From positions 77,686,001 through 77,750,000 of the forward strand of contig OX597827.1 in NCBI GenBank assembly GCA_951406725.2: 64,000 nucleotides of DNA. Reading direction: 5' to 3'. The position numbers and the translations under genes are program-made. Below, one piece after another: positions 35,296 to 47,149 of this stretch (position 1 is the first letter of the stretch; every line of letters starts with the position of its first letter). Source of the stretch: Octopus vulgaris (Eukaryota). The notes beneath the pieces are model-generated. The model had not been told where the DNA came from and searched no databases. It saw nothing but the letters and a program-made list of their open reading frames with translations.

Positions 35296-36187
35296 CTAAG
35301 TGACCAAATCAGTAGTGGGGTGTGTGTGCTCTGAGAGCGTAGCTGCTAGAATAAGAATAGCCTGGGCAAAGTTCAGAGAGCTCCTACCTCTGCTGGTAAC
35401 AAAGGGCCTCTCGCTCAGACTGAAAGGTAGAATGTATGATGCATGTGTGTGAACAGCCATGCTGCATGGCAGTGAAACATGGTCTGTGACAGCTGAGGAC
35501 ATGTGTAGGTGTGCAAGAAATGAAACTAGTGTGCCTTGCTGGATGTGTAATGTCAGTATGCAAGCATAACAGAGTGTAAGCATCCTGAGAGAAAAGTTGG
35601 ACATAAGAAGCATGAGATGTGATGTGCAAGAGAGATGAATGTGTTGATATGGTCATGTGTTGTGTATGGAGGAGGACAGCTGTGTGAGGAAGTGTCACAC
35701 CCTAACAGTGGAGGGAACCTGTGGAAGAGGTAGTCTCAAGAAGACCTGGGATGAAATGGTGAAGAATGACCTTCGAATGTTGGGCTTCACAGAGGCAATG
35801 ACAAGTGACCGAGACCTTTGGAGATATGCTGTGCTTGAGAAGACCTGGAATGCCAAGTGAGACCATAACCGTGGCCTATACCAGTGTCACATAACTGGCC
35901 CAGTTAAAAGTACCCTTCAATCATTGGGCAATATACTGAGCTTGAGAAGATCTATTGAGTCAAGTGAAGTCATTGGTGTGGCCGATGCCAGTACTGCCTG
36001 ACTGGCACCCATGCTAGTGGCATGTAAAAGCACCCATTACACTCTTGGAGTGGTTGGTGTTAAGAAGGGCATCTAGCTGTAGAAACCTTGCCAGATCACA
36101 TTGGAGCCTTCTGGTTCACCAGTCCTCAGTCAAACCGTCCAACCCATGCCAGTATGGAAAGCAGACGTTAAACAATGATGATGATGA
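35296..36187 (+). mobile_element. RTE LINE family B 3' fragment
   Basis: RT C-terminus (KTWDEMVKNDLRMLGFTEAMTSDRDLWR) plus 3' UTR and (GAT)n tail. Confidence 0.88.
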
Positions 36188-36300
36188 TATATATATATGT
36201 GTATGTGTATATATATATATATATATATTTTGTTTGGGGATATATATGTATACATGCACATATAATATAAGTATATATGTAGGCATGTATAATGTTAATT

Positions 36301-36384
36301 CTAATTCTTTAATTTGTTTCTTTTTTTTTCAGACCGACATCCAAACTTCACCTTGACACCATAGTTTCTTCACATCAAGTGAGT
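36301..36384 (+). other. Strong splice acceptor (exon starts 36333) with a possible internal donor at 36379
   Basis: CTAAT branch point, long pyrimidine tract, TTTTTCAG|; downstream AA|GTGAGT. Confidence 0.6.
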
Positions 36385-38537
36385 CCCTTCTTCAGAATAT
36401 TTTCGCACCTGTCTCCAATGAACCGTATCTGTATTCCTAGAGTCACATATTTTGACAAACTTTACCTGAAACTCCAGCACTTATTCTGAAGAATCTGCAC
36501 TGATGTCTAACAGCCTAATTTTGAACTTTTTCCCCTAAAATTATTTTAGAGCCATTTTGACATCAGAGACCCTTTCCAGAAGATTTACTTTCTTCTTCTA
36601 TCTCCGAAGTTATATTTCCAGAAATTTCACTGCCCTAATTTTGAAGAGCATTCTTTAAAATTCCAGTGACCCCGCAAAAAAGAGGACCTTTCTGTAATAT
36701 TTATAACTTTATCTTCCACAATTTTCTCTAATATTTTAAAATCTTGATGCTTAAGAACATTCACTGAAATTCTAATATATTTAATCATTCTACCAAAAAA
36801 AACTGGATCTCCTCAAGTGGTCCTTAACCAAGAAATATTTTCTGCTGACAAAGTCTAAATCATTGCAAGACTTCCGCCAAATTGGGTGGCGTTTGAAACA
36901 AACTAAGCCACCTTCTCATGAAACATAAGATTCCTTTGCTCTGGTGCTTAACTCTGGTTTCTGTGGTATCAAGTAGATGAGAGATAGATCTCTCCCTGGA
37001 CGTAATAATATTGCTATGTGGAACTTCCCGAGAAATACCAAGTAGTTAACCGTTATTTAGTTGGAGTGGGACACATCAACAACAACAACATTTTCAGTGG
37101 TATTTCCTCAGAAAATATCTCGTTGCTTATCTTCCTGCTGGTGAAGGAAGACACGACAACCACAACAGGAACAACAACATTTGCAGTGGAAATTCTCCAC
37201 AAATGCCTCGTTGCTGGTCTTCATGTAAAAAAAGCAACGCAGACATAATAACATCACCTGTTTTGTGATAGGAAGGGACCAACTGTCCCAGATCGAACAG
37301 TCCCCTTCTCTAATACATCTTCTTCTCTTCACCAGAACTTCTTTTGCTCACCATTTACACAAATGTCACACAAGGACTACATCAATCACCAAATGTGATT
37401 TCAATTTATAGAAAATTAATTATAATTTCTTCATAATTTGGAATCATTTTCCTAGAAATTTATTTCTTGTTTATTTTAAAATTCAACAATTCTTCCATCA
37501 TACCAAGACGAAAGACTAAACACTAAAGACTAAAGACTGTATCATGTAACAAAATTTGTGTTGAGGAATAGACAACCTGCTGCCACACACACACACATAC
37601 ACATACACATACACACAGGCTTACACCTGCATTCATACAATATGTAAACAATTTTTACCAATCCTTCTTCCCTGGAGCTGTGTCTCCCTCTGGAACTCAC
37701 TCTTGGCCCCTGTATTGTCCCTACCAAACTACAACAGTTTAAATGGAAGATTAAACCTCCCTCCCCCAGTCTAGAAGAGGATTGTTAAAACCATTGCTAT
37801 GGTCACTGGCTCTCCTCCTCACACTAATTAAAAACAACACACACACACACACACAAAGAGGCTCATACATACATACACATACACACACATATACATACAT
37901 GCATATAGATATACATAGATTTATACACATAAACACACACAGTCTACTGGTTGTATTAAAGTTACATTAGTACGTCAGTGCAAATGTATACATACATGTA
38001 CACAAATATGAACATATAATTTATATGTCCCTGCAGTTATATACATACATACATACATACATATATATACATCTGGTTATATATCAGCACATATAAATAT
38101 TGCACACTCTTGAACACACTTTCCATACAGTGTGCACAGACACAAACACACTCATAGCCAGACGACACACATACTTAAAGAACACACACATACACAATAA
38201 TCACAAGCCCACTAATGCAGTACACATTTACACATACACACACACACATACAGAGTCCATTCACTAAATATATACAAATAGAAACACACACAGTATAGTC
38301 ACACAGACACAGTCACAAAGTATCACACACACACACACACACACATTGTCAAATCCACAACAACAGTTTCACTCTGATTGCTCAAAATATCTATCTTCTT
38401 AAACAAGTATCTCAACCAACAAAAATGCTGTCAACAGAAGGAAGCCATCTGATAATTAACCAAAAGTCATAACTGTTTCTGTGATAATTACTACATCAGT
38501 TTCTAATAACAATCTAATTAACAATGTGTAATTAATT

Positions 38538-41006
38538 ATGTCTAATCTATCTAACCAAATGTATCCATTCAATAACCAATACGGATTAGATTTACATAAT
38601 CCTCCTGGATTATTCTACGGAGGTGAAGACTCTTTGAAGCTGAACCAACACGAGAATGGATCAAATGCGGAACAGGGCCAGCGGCACACTGGCGGGAAGT
38701 CTTGTAGGTGTAATTTCTGCCAGAAGGGCTATCCCCATACCATGTCGGCTAATCCGAGGATGTCGTCTGATGGCAACAGCGGAGCCAGCAGCAGCAACAA
38801 CAGCAATGACAACAACAGCAACATGTTGGATTCTATACAACAACAACAACAGCAGCAGCAGCAACCTCATGGCATGAATCCGCTTCTCAATTCCAGCTCA
38901 ACTCATTCTTTGCAGTCTCCACCTCACTCTGACAGCGCAATTATGAACGGAAGTGATAATGGAGACGATGCTGGCAATGTGTCGAGTTTGAAATCAACCC
39001 CACATTCAAACCCGACCCGAACTCCTCCCGTCTCTTCTTCCAACAGCGTTATCCCGCCCCTCCTAATCCCCAATGTCCCCACTTCTTCGAGCAACTCCGC
39101 AAAATGCTTCTTCTGCACTTTCTGCAAGAAGGCCTTTGCTCAGCAAATCCACTTGAAAAACCACGAACTTACCCACACAGCAGGGGGCGAGTATCAACAG
39201 AAACCTTACACGTGTGAGATCTGTAACAAGAGCTTCAACCTGCAAATTAATTTGAAGAATCACCAGAGAATACATTCAGGGGAGAAACCCTTCACCTGTG
39301 TCGAGTGTGGGAAAGCCTTCAGCCAGCAAGGGAATCTGAAGATACACATGAGAACACACACTGGCGAAAAGCCTTATCAATGCGAATTATGCCCGAAGGC
39401 ATTCAGCCAACGAACCAACTTGGAGAACCATTGTCGTATACATACAGGTGACCTCTTTAGTTGCATGACGTGTTCGAAGACTTTCACGTTGCAAATTAAC
39501 TTACGCAATCATGAACGCATCCATACAGGTGAGAAACCGTACTTGTGTGGGTTTTGCCCCAAAGCGTTCAGTCAGCAAACGGCACTGAAGAATCACCACC
39601 GGACACACACCGGGGAAAAGCCTTACACATGCTTAACATGTGGCAAAGCTTTTAGTCAGCAAGGAAACTTGAAACTCCACATGAGGAATCATACTGGAGA
39701 GCGACCGTTTGTGTGTCAGACATGTGGCAAAGCGTTCAGTCAACGGGTCAACTTGGAGGACCATAAACGCCTGCACACCGGAGACATGTTCTACTGTCAA
39801 TTCTGTAAGAAGGCCTTTGCCAATGCTTTCTTCCTCCGCAACCACGAACGTATTCACACCGGTGAGAAGCCATTCAAGTGTTCGTTTTGTCCCAAAGCGT
39901 TCAGTTTGCAGATAAACATGAAGAATCACATGAGAACGCATACTGGAGAGAAGCCGTTTAGGTGTTTAACTTGTGGGAAGTCCTTCAGTCAGCAGGGCAA
40001 CCTGAAGCTGCACATGCGAACACACACAGGCGAGAAACCCTATCAATGTGAACTCTGTCCGAAGACGTTCAGTCAGAAGACGAACCTGGATAACCATAGG
40101 CGTATTCATAACGGGAACATGTTTAAGTGTTCGATGTGTTCAAAGGCATTTACTCTTCAAATCAGTTTGCAGAATCACGAACGCATTCATACTGGGGAGA
40201 AACCTTATTATTGCACTGTGTGTAACAAAACATTTGCACAGCGTGGAAATCTGAAAACTCACTTTCGCATACACACGGGGGAGAAACCTTTTCAATGTGA
40301 CGTGTGTGGGAAAAGCTTCTCACAGAGGGCCAATCTAAACAATCACAAACGCACTCGCACTGGTTGTGAACTCTATTCAAAGCCATCGGCCACTGCTGGA
40401 TCGTCGGCCCTGACCACCTCTAAGGAATCTAACGTAGGGAAAGACTATACGTCCCCGCAAATGGCTGACAGGTCGGGGTCAGAGATGTCCTCCTCAAACC
40501 TGTCTCCTCCATCGTTCCCTTGCAACACACGCAGGAGCCCACCGCCTAAGACTAACAACCCTTCTTTGAAATCCAGAGATCCATCACACACTGAGGGTAG
40601 CAGCACAAGCCACCCGGATGCTCCCAGTCAGACCCACATGAGGAGCCACAGCCACAGCAACATGGCCAGCATCCTCCCCAGCCACCCGACCTCCCAGCCA
40701 CAAAACCTTCATCACATGAACCCTAGAGACTCCAAGAATCACAGTGTCCGACTCCAGGCCCCGTCGGTCACACCCAGCTGGATGGCACCGGCCTACCTCC
40801 ACGAGATACCCCCCAACTGGGAGAACAATTACTTGTGGTCGCGCAGCTTCCCCATCCCCCCTATTTTGGGCACTGGCTGGCCCAACATGTCCAGTATCCC
40901 CAACATACCCAATACCGTGTCGAACGGACACAAGCAACAGCACCACCCTATCTCTAATCACCCGCACTCTATTTCCTCCTCACTCCATTCCAATCGAAAA
41001 ACATAA
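38538..41006 (+). CDS. Polydactyl C2H2 zinc-finger protein (14 canonical fingers plus 1 lacking the last His); single coding exon
   Basis: 822-aa ORF; in-frame TAA 9 nt before an ATG with A at -3; TGEKP linkers; N/Q/S-rich N-terminus and S/P/H-rich C-terminus. Confidence 0.95.
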   Translation: MSNLSNQMYPFNNQYGLDLHNPPGLFYGGEDSLKLNQHENGSNAEQGQRHTGGKSCRCNFCQKGYPHTMSANPRMSSDGNSGASSSNNSNDNNSNMLDSIQQQQQQQQQPHGMNPLLNSSSTHSLQSPPHSDSAIMNGSDNGDDAGNVSSLKSTPHSNPTRTPPVSSSNSVIPPLLIPNVPTSSSNSAKCFFCTFCKKAFAQQIHLKNHELTHTAGGEYQQKPYTCEICNKSFNLQINLKNHQRIHSGEKPFTCVECGKAFSQQGNLKIHMRTHTGEKPYQCELCPKAFSQRTNLENHCRIHTGDLFSCMTCSKTFTLQINLRNHERIHTGEKPYLCGFCPKAFSQQTALKNHHRTHTGEKPYTCLTCGKAFSQQGNLKLHMRNHTGERPFVCQTCGKAFSQRVNLEDHKRLHTGDMFYCQFCKKAFANAFFLRNHERIHTGEKPFKCSFCPKAFSLQINMKNHMRTHTGEKPFRCLTCGKSFSQQGNLKLHMRTHTGEKPYQCELCPKTFSQKTNLDNHRRIHNGNMFKCSMCSKAFTLQISLQNHERIHTGEKPYYCTVCNKTFAQRGNLKTHFRIHTGEKPFQCDVCGKSFSQRANLNNHKRTRTGCELYSKPSATAGSSALTTSKESNVGKDYTSPQMADRSGSEMSSSNLSPPSFPCNTRRSPPPKTNNPSLKSRDPSHTEGSSTSHPDAPSQTHMRSHSHSNMASILPSHPTSQPQNLHHMNPRDSKNHSVRLQAPSVTPSWMAPAYLHEIPPNWENNYLWSRSFPIPPILGTGWPNMSSIPNIPNTVSNGHKQQHHPISNHPHSISSSLHSNRKT

Positions 41007-41129
41007 GAGACCCCTTTCTCTAGATTTCTAATATTGAATCCTGAATCAATTGACAATGTCACCCTTGACCCTTGGGGTCAGAAAATGTTATGACTGTAAC
41101 ATACACACACACACACACACATATCGCAT

Positions 41130-41351
41130 CAGTTAACACACCAAAGTTGCAATGGTAACCCACTGGTTACTGTATCAAAGTTACCATGGTAACAGACCAG
41201 TTATCATGTTAAGACCAGTTACTATGGTAACACACCAGTTACTGCACCAAAGTTCCTATGGTAACACTATTTACTGCACCAAAGTTACTATGGTAACATA
41301 CCAATTACTGTACCAAAGTTACTATGGTAACACACCAGTTCCCATAGAAAC
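41130..41351. repeat. ~34-bp minisatellite with palindromic GTTACyATGGTAAC core
   Basis: Cores start at 41146, 41180, 41218, 41252, 41284, 41318 and 41338. Confidence 0.85.
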
Positions 41352-42144
41352 ACAAGCTTCGTTTTCTCAACCGTTTTAGTATAAACCTTCTTCACTTTAT
41401 ATTTGTCCCCTAACATCATTAAGATGTCTTTGTCATGGAAGCCCCTAACCCAGCTTTAGTTGCCCACCTTCTGTGAGTGGCCATGTTATTAGGGCACACA
41501 CAGGCTTCCCACTTGTTATCTTCCCCACACTGTGATGTCAACCATTATATTTTTAGGGCACACACACCCCCCCATGATCTAGGTTGTCCTCAACGCGAGT
41601 TGAACCCGGAACATTATTATTACACGATGAAATGATGTACATTTGAGGAGGAGGAGGAGGAGGAGGAGGAGGTGAAGGTGGAGGAGGGATGGTATGAGTG
41701 TTTGTGTAGACGGTCTGTTTTTTTTTTTTGTTTGTTTGTTGGTTTTCTTTTTCTTCTCCCTAAAGTGGACAGAGGAATGCAAAAGGTCCTGCCCAGAGTT
41801 GTTACCTGGTGGTTGTGGAGATGGTGGTGGTGGTGGTGGTGGTGGTGGTGGTGGATTTCCACGAGTGGTCGGAGAAGATGAGGTATTTTCAAAGATCCCA
41901 TATATATATGTGTGTATACATATATATATATATATATATATATGCACATATACATACATATATACATGCATATACACACACACATGCTCATGCACACACA
42001 TATAGATGTATATATACATACATATATATATGTATGTATGTATATATATATATATATATATGAATATGTATATATACATGTATATATATATATCTGTATA
42101 CATACATACATATATATATATATATATGATGATGATGATGATGA

Positions 42145-42209
<65 letters not shown>

Positions 42210-42480
42210 TGTATATGTATATAAGAACATATATTATTGATGTGTGTTTTATGTTAAATTATAATAAAAGCAGTTTTGCATTAGACTGAAGTTTACTTAA
42301 TACATTTTGTAGAGTAAAAAGACATTTATTATTCATTAAAAAGAAGAAGGATGACAGTGACTTTGTCCTGCTAAGCCAGTCCGATGATGGTTTTGCAGGC
42401 CCAAACCTCAAAGACATTGTCAATGCGATTCTAACTAAAGAACAATCAATATATACATACTTAATTAAATATATGTGTGT

Positions 42481-42541
<61 letters not shown>

Positions 42542-43400
42542 CATACATATGTATGGACATATATATGTGTGTGTGTATATATATATACACACACGTATAT
42601 ACACACATATATACATATATATATATATATGTAGATAGATAGATAGAGATAGAGATATATACATATACATGTATATGTATATATGTGTGTGTGTGTGTGT
42701 GTGTGTCTATACACACACATGTAAGTGCATAGGAGATGTGAAACGAGGTGGAAAAAATAGTACTCGAAAGACCAAAGATGGAATCACAGGAAACTTTGAG
42801 TAACAGTTTGTGAAGATTCTTTTCAGCTTTAATAAAATTGTATATATATATACATTATATATATATATATATAGTTATATATATATATATGTATATGTAT
42901 ACACACACACACATGTACATATATATAAATATATATATATATATATATGTACACACACACACACACACACACACATTGTATGTGTTATCTTTTATATGGC
43001 TATGTGTATCTTCCTTTGATGTATATTTGTGAAAAATGTAAATGTAATGAGGAAAATGATCAACTGATGCTTTTGAACTAAAGTACCTTGTATTATTTGT
43101 TCTTCCCCAGTTATACAGACACTCCCTTGGCACCATCATCATTTATAAATGCAGTGAGCCCTTGATTGACCCATTAGAGACACCTCTTTCCCACAACATT
43201 ATTGTGCACTAAATGCTGTATAAACGAGATAAATCGTTAAACACAGTCAGGAAGGCTCGTTTGAAGTGATAAAGCACCAGACTAGGTGTTTTAGAGTTAT
43301 TTAGTGTCAGTTCTACCCTGTCTGAGTTCAACTCCTCATAGAGGTGACTTCACCCTCCCAAACATCAATCTTGATGCTTTGGGATGGGAAGAAACAACAT

Positions 43401-43760
43401 AGGCGCAGGTGTGGCTGTGTGGTAAGAAGCTTGCTTCTCAACCACATGGATCTGGGTTCAGTCCCGTTGCATTGCATCCTGAGCAATTGTCTTCCACTTT
43501 AGTGTTGATCCCTGCAAAGCCTTGGGTGTGGAGGTTTGGCAATTAGAAACTGAAAGAAGTCTATCGTGTGTGTGTGTGTGCGTGCAAGTGTGTGTATGAG
43601 TGAACCCCACGCACCCCTACTTGACAACCAGTGTTGGTGTGTTTACACCCCCATAACCTAGCAGTTCTGCATTAGTGACTAATAGAATAAGTACCAGGCT
43701 TAAAAACAAAAGACCAAGTCTTGGGGTTGATTCTTTCCCTCACCTTTGACCCAGTGGTGT
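43401..43760 (+). mobile_element. Family A SINE, diverged
   Basis: AGGCGCAGGTGTGGCTGTGTGGTAAGAAGCTTGC head. Confidence 0.8.
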
Positions 43761-45110
43761 ATCCAGAATATGAGATTTGGAGGGGAAAGGAAAGAGAGAG
43801 AGTGAGAGAACATAGTAATGAATTTTTCCACTCACCCAAGTGAAAGGAGCTTTGGCCCCGAGGAATTGATGTCAACAGACAGCATCCAACGATCATAGGG
43901 TGTTTTGACTCTGGACCCCAACATCCTTCTGTTTGTGGGTCAGCAAGTGTGACCAAATCACTGTTCCTCTTCTCCTCCCAGCTTCCAGCTTAACTCCTCT
44001 CACTTGCTTCACAACCAGGTTAAATTGGGGAATCTGATGATGCTGATTAGAAAGCAAACTGCCGATGATGATGATGATCATCATCATCATGTGATGTTGT
44101 AACCACAACTATGTGATTGGGGATGGTTGGGGGGATTGCTAAAACAATCCGTAAGTAAATATATATCACAATTACAACAGCTGCTCCCAACTGGGCTTGA
44201 ACCTGTATAAATGTCTTTATACACACCAATGTTTCCTTCTCTTTATGTCTCTTTCCTCCCCACCCCTGTCTCTACCCTTCCTGTTGGGTGTTTCTACAGC
44301 CATGACTTGGTCGTTAGACATAGCAGCATAATGTCCCTCAAATCACACCACACTGTCTTAAAATAGGAAAGGTGATGTATTGTATAAGGTAGTCCTTCTC
44401 ACCTTTAGAAAAATGGGACTGTCATGGTTGGACATCCTTTGATTATATCCTTGTAACTGGCTAGATTTGGGCTGACCTGGTGTTAAACTACAACTTAATG
44501 GTCCTTCTTCTCCTCTCTCTCACTCTCAATCTTTATCCTCCTACTGTCTCACTACCCCACCACAATCCCACAACACACCACTGCCTTCAAAATACCGTGT
44601 GGGATGGCCTCTATGTTGTCACTCAACCTGCCAGAAATAGCAACCAAATCTGTCACAAATCTCACCCTACTACATTCAAAATGAATAATGCATTTGGATA
44701 ATGTGGCTCATTGGGCAGGGCTTGTAAAAGCTAGGGAAGTGTGTGAGGTGTCGGCCAGTAAATCCCCTTGGGGCCTGCAGAACCAAAGATGGGTCTGGGA
44801 CTTTCTACAGGGCTCACTCCCTCAAAAAATTTTTTAAAAACCCTCACAGCCCCCTTGAATATTGACAGGATCCCTTCTTCGAAGACCCAAAAGCACTTTT
44901 ATTCTGTTTAACCCAATTTATCTTAGTGGTCCTTTCCTAGGATATATTCAGTTCCTCTCCCCCCAAAAAACATGATCAGGACCGAGAGGCCTTGGATGAC
45001 AGATCTGCCTGATCAAAGCTTACCTGGACTAAACAACCAAATCAAAAACTGTCCCACCTTGGAAGGAAACACTCATTGCAGAGTTAAAATACAAAGAAAG
45101 AATCATTTGG

Positions 45111-45338
45111 TTATCCCTTTGGTGTCCAGATTACTCTGTTAAATGTAATACTTTTTCATTCAAATTGTTTTGAATTAATCAAGCATTATCTCATGGCTTT
45201 GAGGTTTCAATGATGTGATTGTTTATTTTTAGAATGTCAGTGTAGGTTAGTTGTGAGAGGCTAGATATGGCCAGTTTGAACATAAAACATGTGGAATATC
45301 TGGGCCAGATTTGGCCGGTTTAAACACTAAAGGGTTAA
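45111..45338. mobile_element. Second piggyBac-type MITE family
   Basis: TTAT-CCCTTTGGTGT ... ACACTAAAGGG-TTAA termini. Confidence 0.65.
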
Positions 45339-45953
45339 AATTGCCTTGGATGGAAAAAGACTGAATGGCTACTTGCAGGATTTATAAAGATGGGTGGTTC
45401 AGTTCTGCAGGTTGCCTTTGGTGGGCATTTTTTTTTTTTTTTACATTCGAGGGGATTTTGAAATCCAATATATTACAAACTGTTATTTAGAGTGATACTC
45501 ACGTTAAGATACACCATTAAAAGGATTCCCCACCACCACCACCCACCTGTACATAACTTCATTGTCTCTGAGATGCTCTCCTTTCCTGGCTCTGTATCTC
45601 TGCCTCAATACTGTCTCATTACAATCCACCACCACCACCTCCACCAACAACAACAACAACCTTCCACTTTTCCCTGCAGACTTTTATTCAATGCTTCCAC
45701 TCCAAATTCTATTACTCCCGGCCCTTTTCTCTCTGTGTCTTTCCTTACACCACCCTAAACGACCACAAGCTGTACTTTTATCTTCTCCACACCATCACTT
45801 ATCCCCCTATTTCTCACCATATTATCGTTGAATGACTTGAAAGGACTATGGGCCTGTCCCTCCTACTCAAACTAGCTAATAAATAATATCATGTATTTGA
45901 CTGAGAACTGTGTTTTTCGCCTTGATTATTTCATATTTAACGTTTGATGCTTA

Positions 45954-46008
<55 letters not shown>

Positions 46009-46026
46009 GACAATTATTCGGTTGCC

Positions 46027-46091
46027 ATAATAAAACTCCAAGTTTCTGATGTCAGGGTGGAAATCTGCTCCAGCATCTCATCAGTTATTAT
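46027..46091 (-). ncRNA. Type I hammerhead ribozyme (left arm of a fold-back), intact core
   Basis: AUAAUAA-CUGAUGA-GAUG[22 nt]CAUC-A-GAAA-CUUGGAG-UU-UUAUUAU: perfect 7-bp stem I, 4-bp stem II, 3-bp stem III. Confidence 0.75.
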
Positions 46092-46096
46092 TGTCT

Positions 46097-46160
46097 TAAT
46101 AACTGATGAGATGCCGGAGCAGATTTCTGTCCCAATATTTGAAACTCAGAGTTTTCTTAT
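46097..46160 (+). ncRNA. Type I hammerhead ribozyme (right arm of the fold-back)
   Basis: UAAUAA-CUGAUGA-GAUG[22 nt]UAUU-U-GAAA-CUCAGAG-UU-UUCUUAU; stem II kept by G-U pairs; stem I has a mismatch. Confidence 0.65.
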
Positions 46161-46321
46161 AGCAACCGAATAATTGTCACATATTACATTTACAGATAAA
46201 TTCCTCTATTTACCTAATATTGAGGTCTCTTTCATTCTTTTGTTGTCTTTGCATTTCTATCAATATATATATATATATATATAAGAAATGGATGCATGGC
46301 ATTCAATCAAATAATAATATA

Positions 46322-46393
<72 letters not shown>

Positions 46394-46424
46394 ATATAAA
46401 TATATATATATATACATATACACA

Positions 46425-46715
46425 CACATATATGGGTAGAGGATATCAACATGAAATACCAATACAAATGAGTTCAATATGCAAATGGAAAACAGGACAA
46501 GTAACATAAAGAATGACCCTTCATCAGCTGTCGGCTGTTTATCTGCTCCTCATTTTGAGCATTGAACAACCAGGAGGTGTAGGTGGACAGCCAACAACTG
46601 ATGAAGGGTCGTTCTTTATGTTACTGGTCCTGTTTTCCATTTCTTTCTCTCGTTTGTATTGGTATTTCATGTTGATTACTGTTGATGATGTCCTGTACCC
46701 ACATATATATATGTG
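46425..46715. mobile_element. Second fold-back element flanked by (TA)n; related single copy at ~53720-53995
   Basis: ~120-bp inverted arms (AAATGGAAAACAGGAC.AGTAACATAAAGAA.GACCCTTCATCAG and its complement). Confidence 0.75.
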
Positions 46716-47149
46716 TGTATATATATATGTATGTACTTAGATCTGATGTTTGATGTGTCTCATGAAAATGTCTTATGCCTGAACAAGATATTTAATGTTT
46801 GATGTGTGAGGAAGATGTTTTGTGTACCCTGAAAAGCTATTTGCTGTCTGATGACACTTCATTAAATGCAAATTGTTATTATCACACAGAATTTGGTGCC
46901 TGAGGTGTTGAGACCTGTTTCTAGTCCATCAGCTCTGGTTATCAAAATATGTTCTCCACCTAATTGCAAAGCATACGACCGATTGCACACAAAGAATGAT
47001 AACCACAAATCTTTAATGCTGCTTTTGGATTAAGAAAATGGCTTCGTACAAGAAGAATATGTTTATCAATGATTAAATAACATCCATAGAATTGGATAAT
47101 AAGTGAAAGAAGCATAAGAAGTTTATGGTACAATATTTATTTCCTCAAA

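Noticed and set aside
38685-38740. Extra zinc finger HTGGKSCRCNFCQKGYPH
   Set aside because: Only the Cys half and linker survive with no correctly spaced His pair, so it was not counted as a finger.
1-41006. Gene symbols for the two ZNF genes
   Set aside because: No orthology can be recognised from sequence alone; similarity to vertebrate ZNF names would reflect generic finger repeats.
41130-41351. CRISPR-like regularly spaced palindromes (also the RTE UTR subrepeats)
   Set aside because: The spacers are homologous to each other, there are no cas genes, and the context is eukaryotic; this is a minisatellite.
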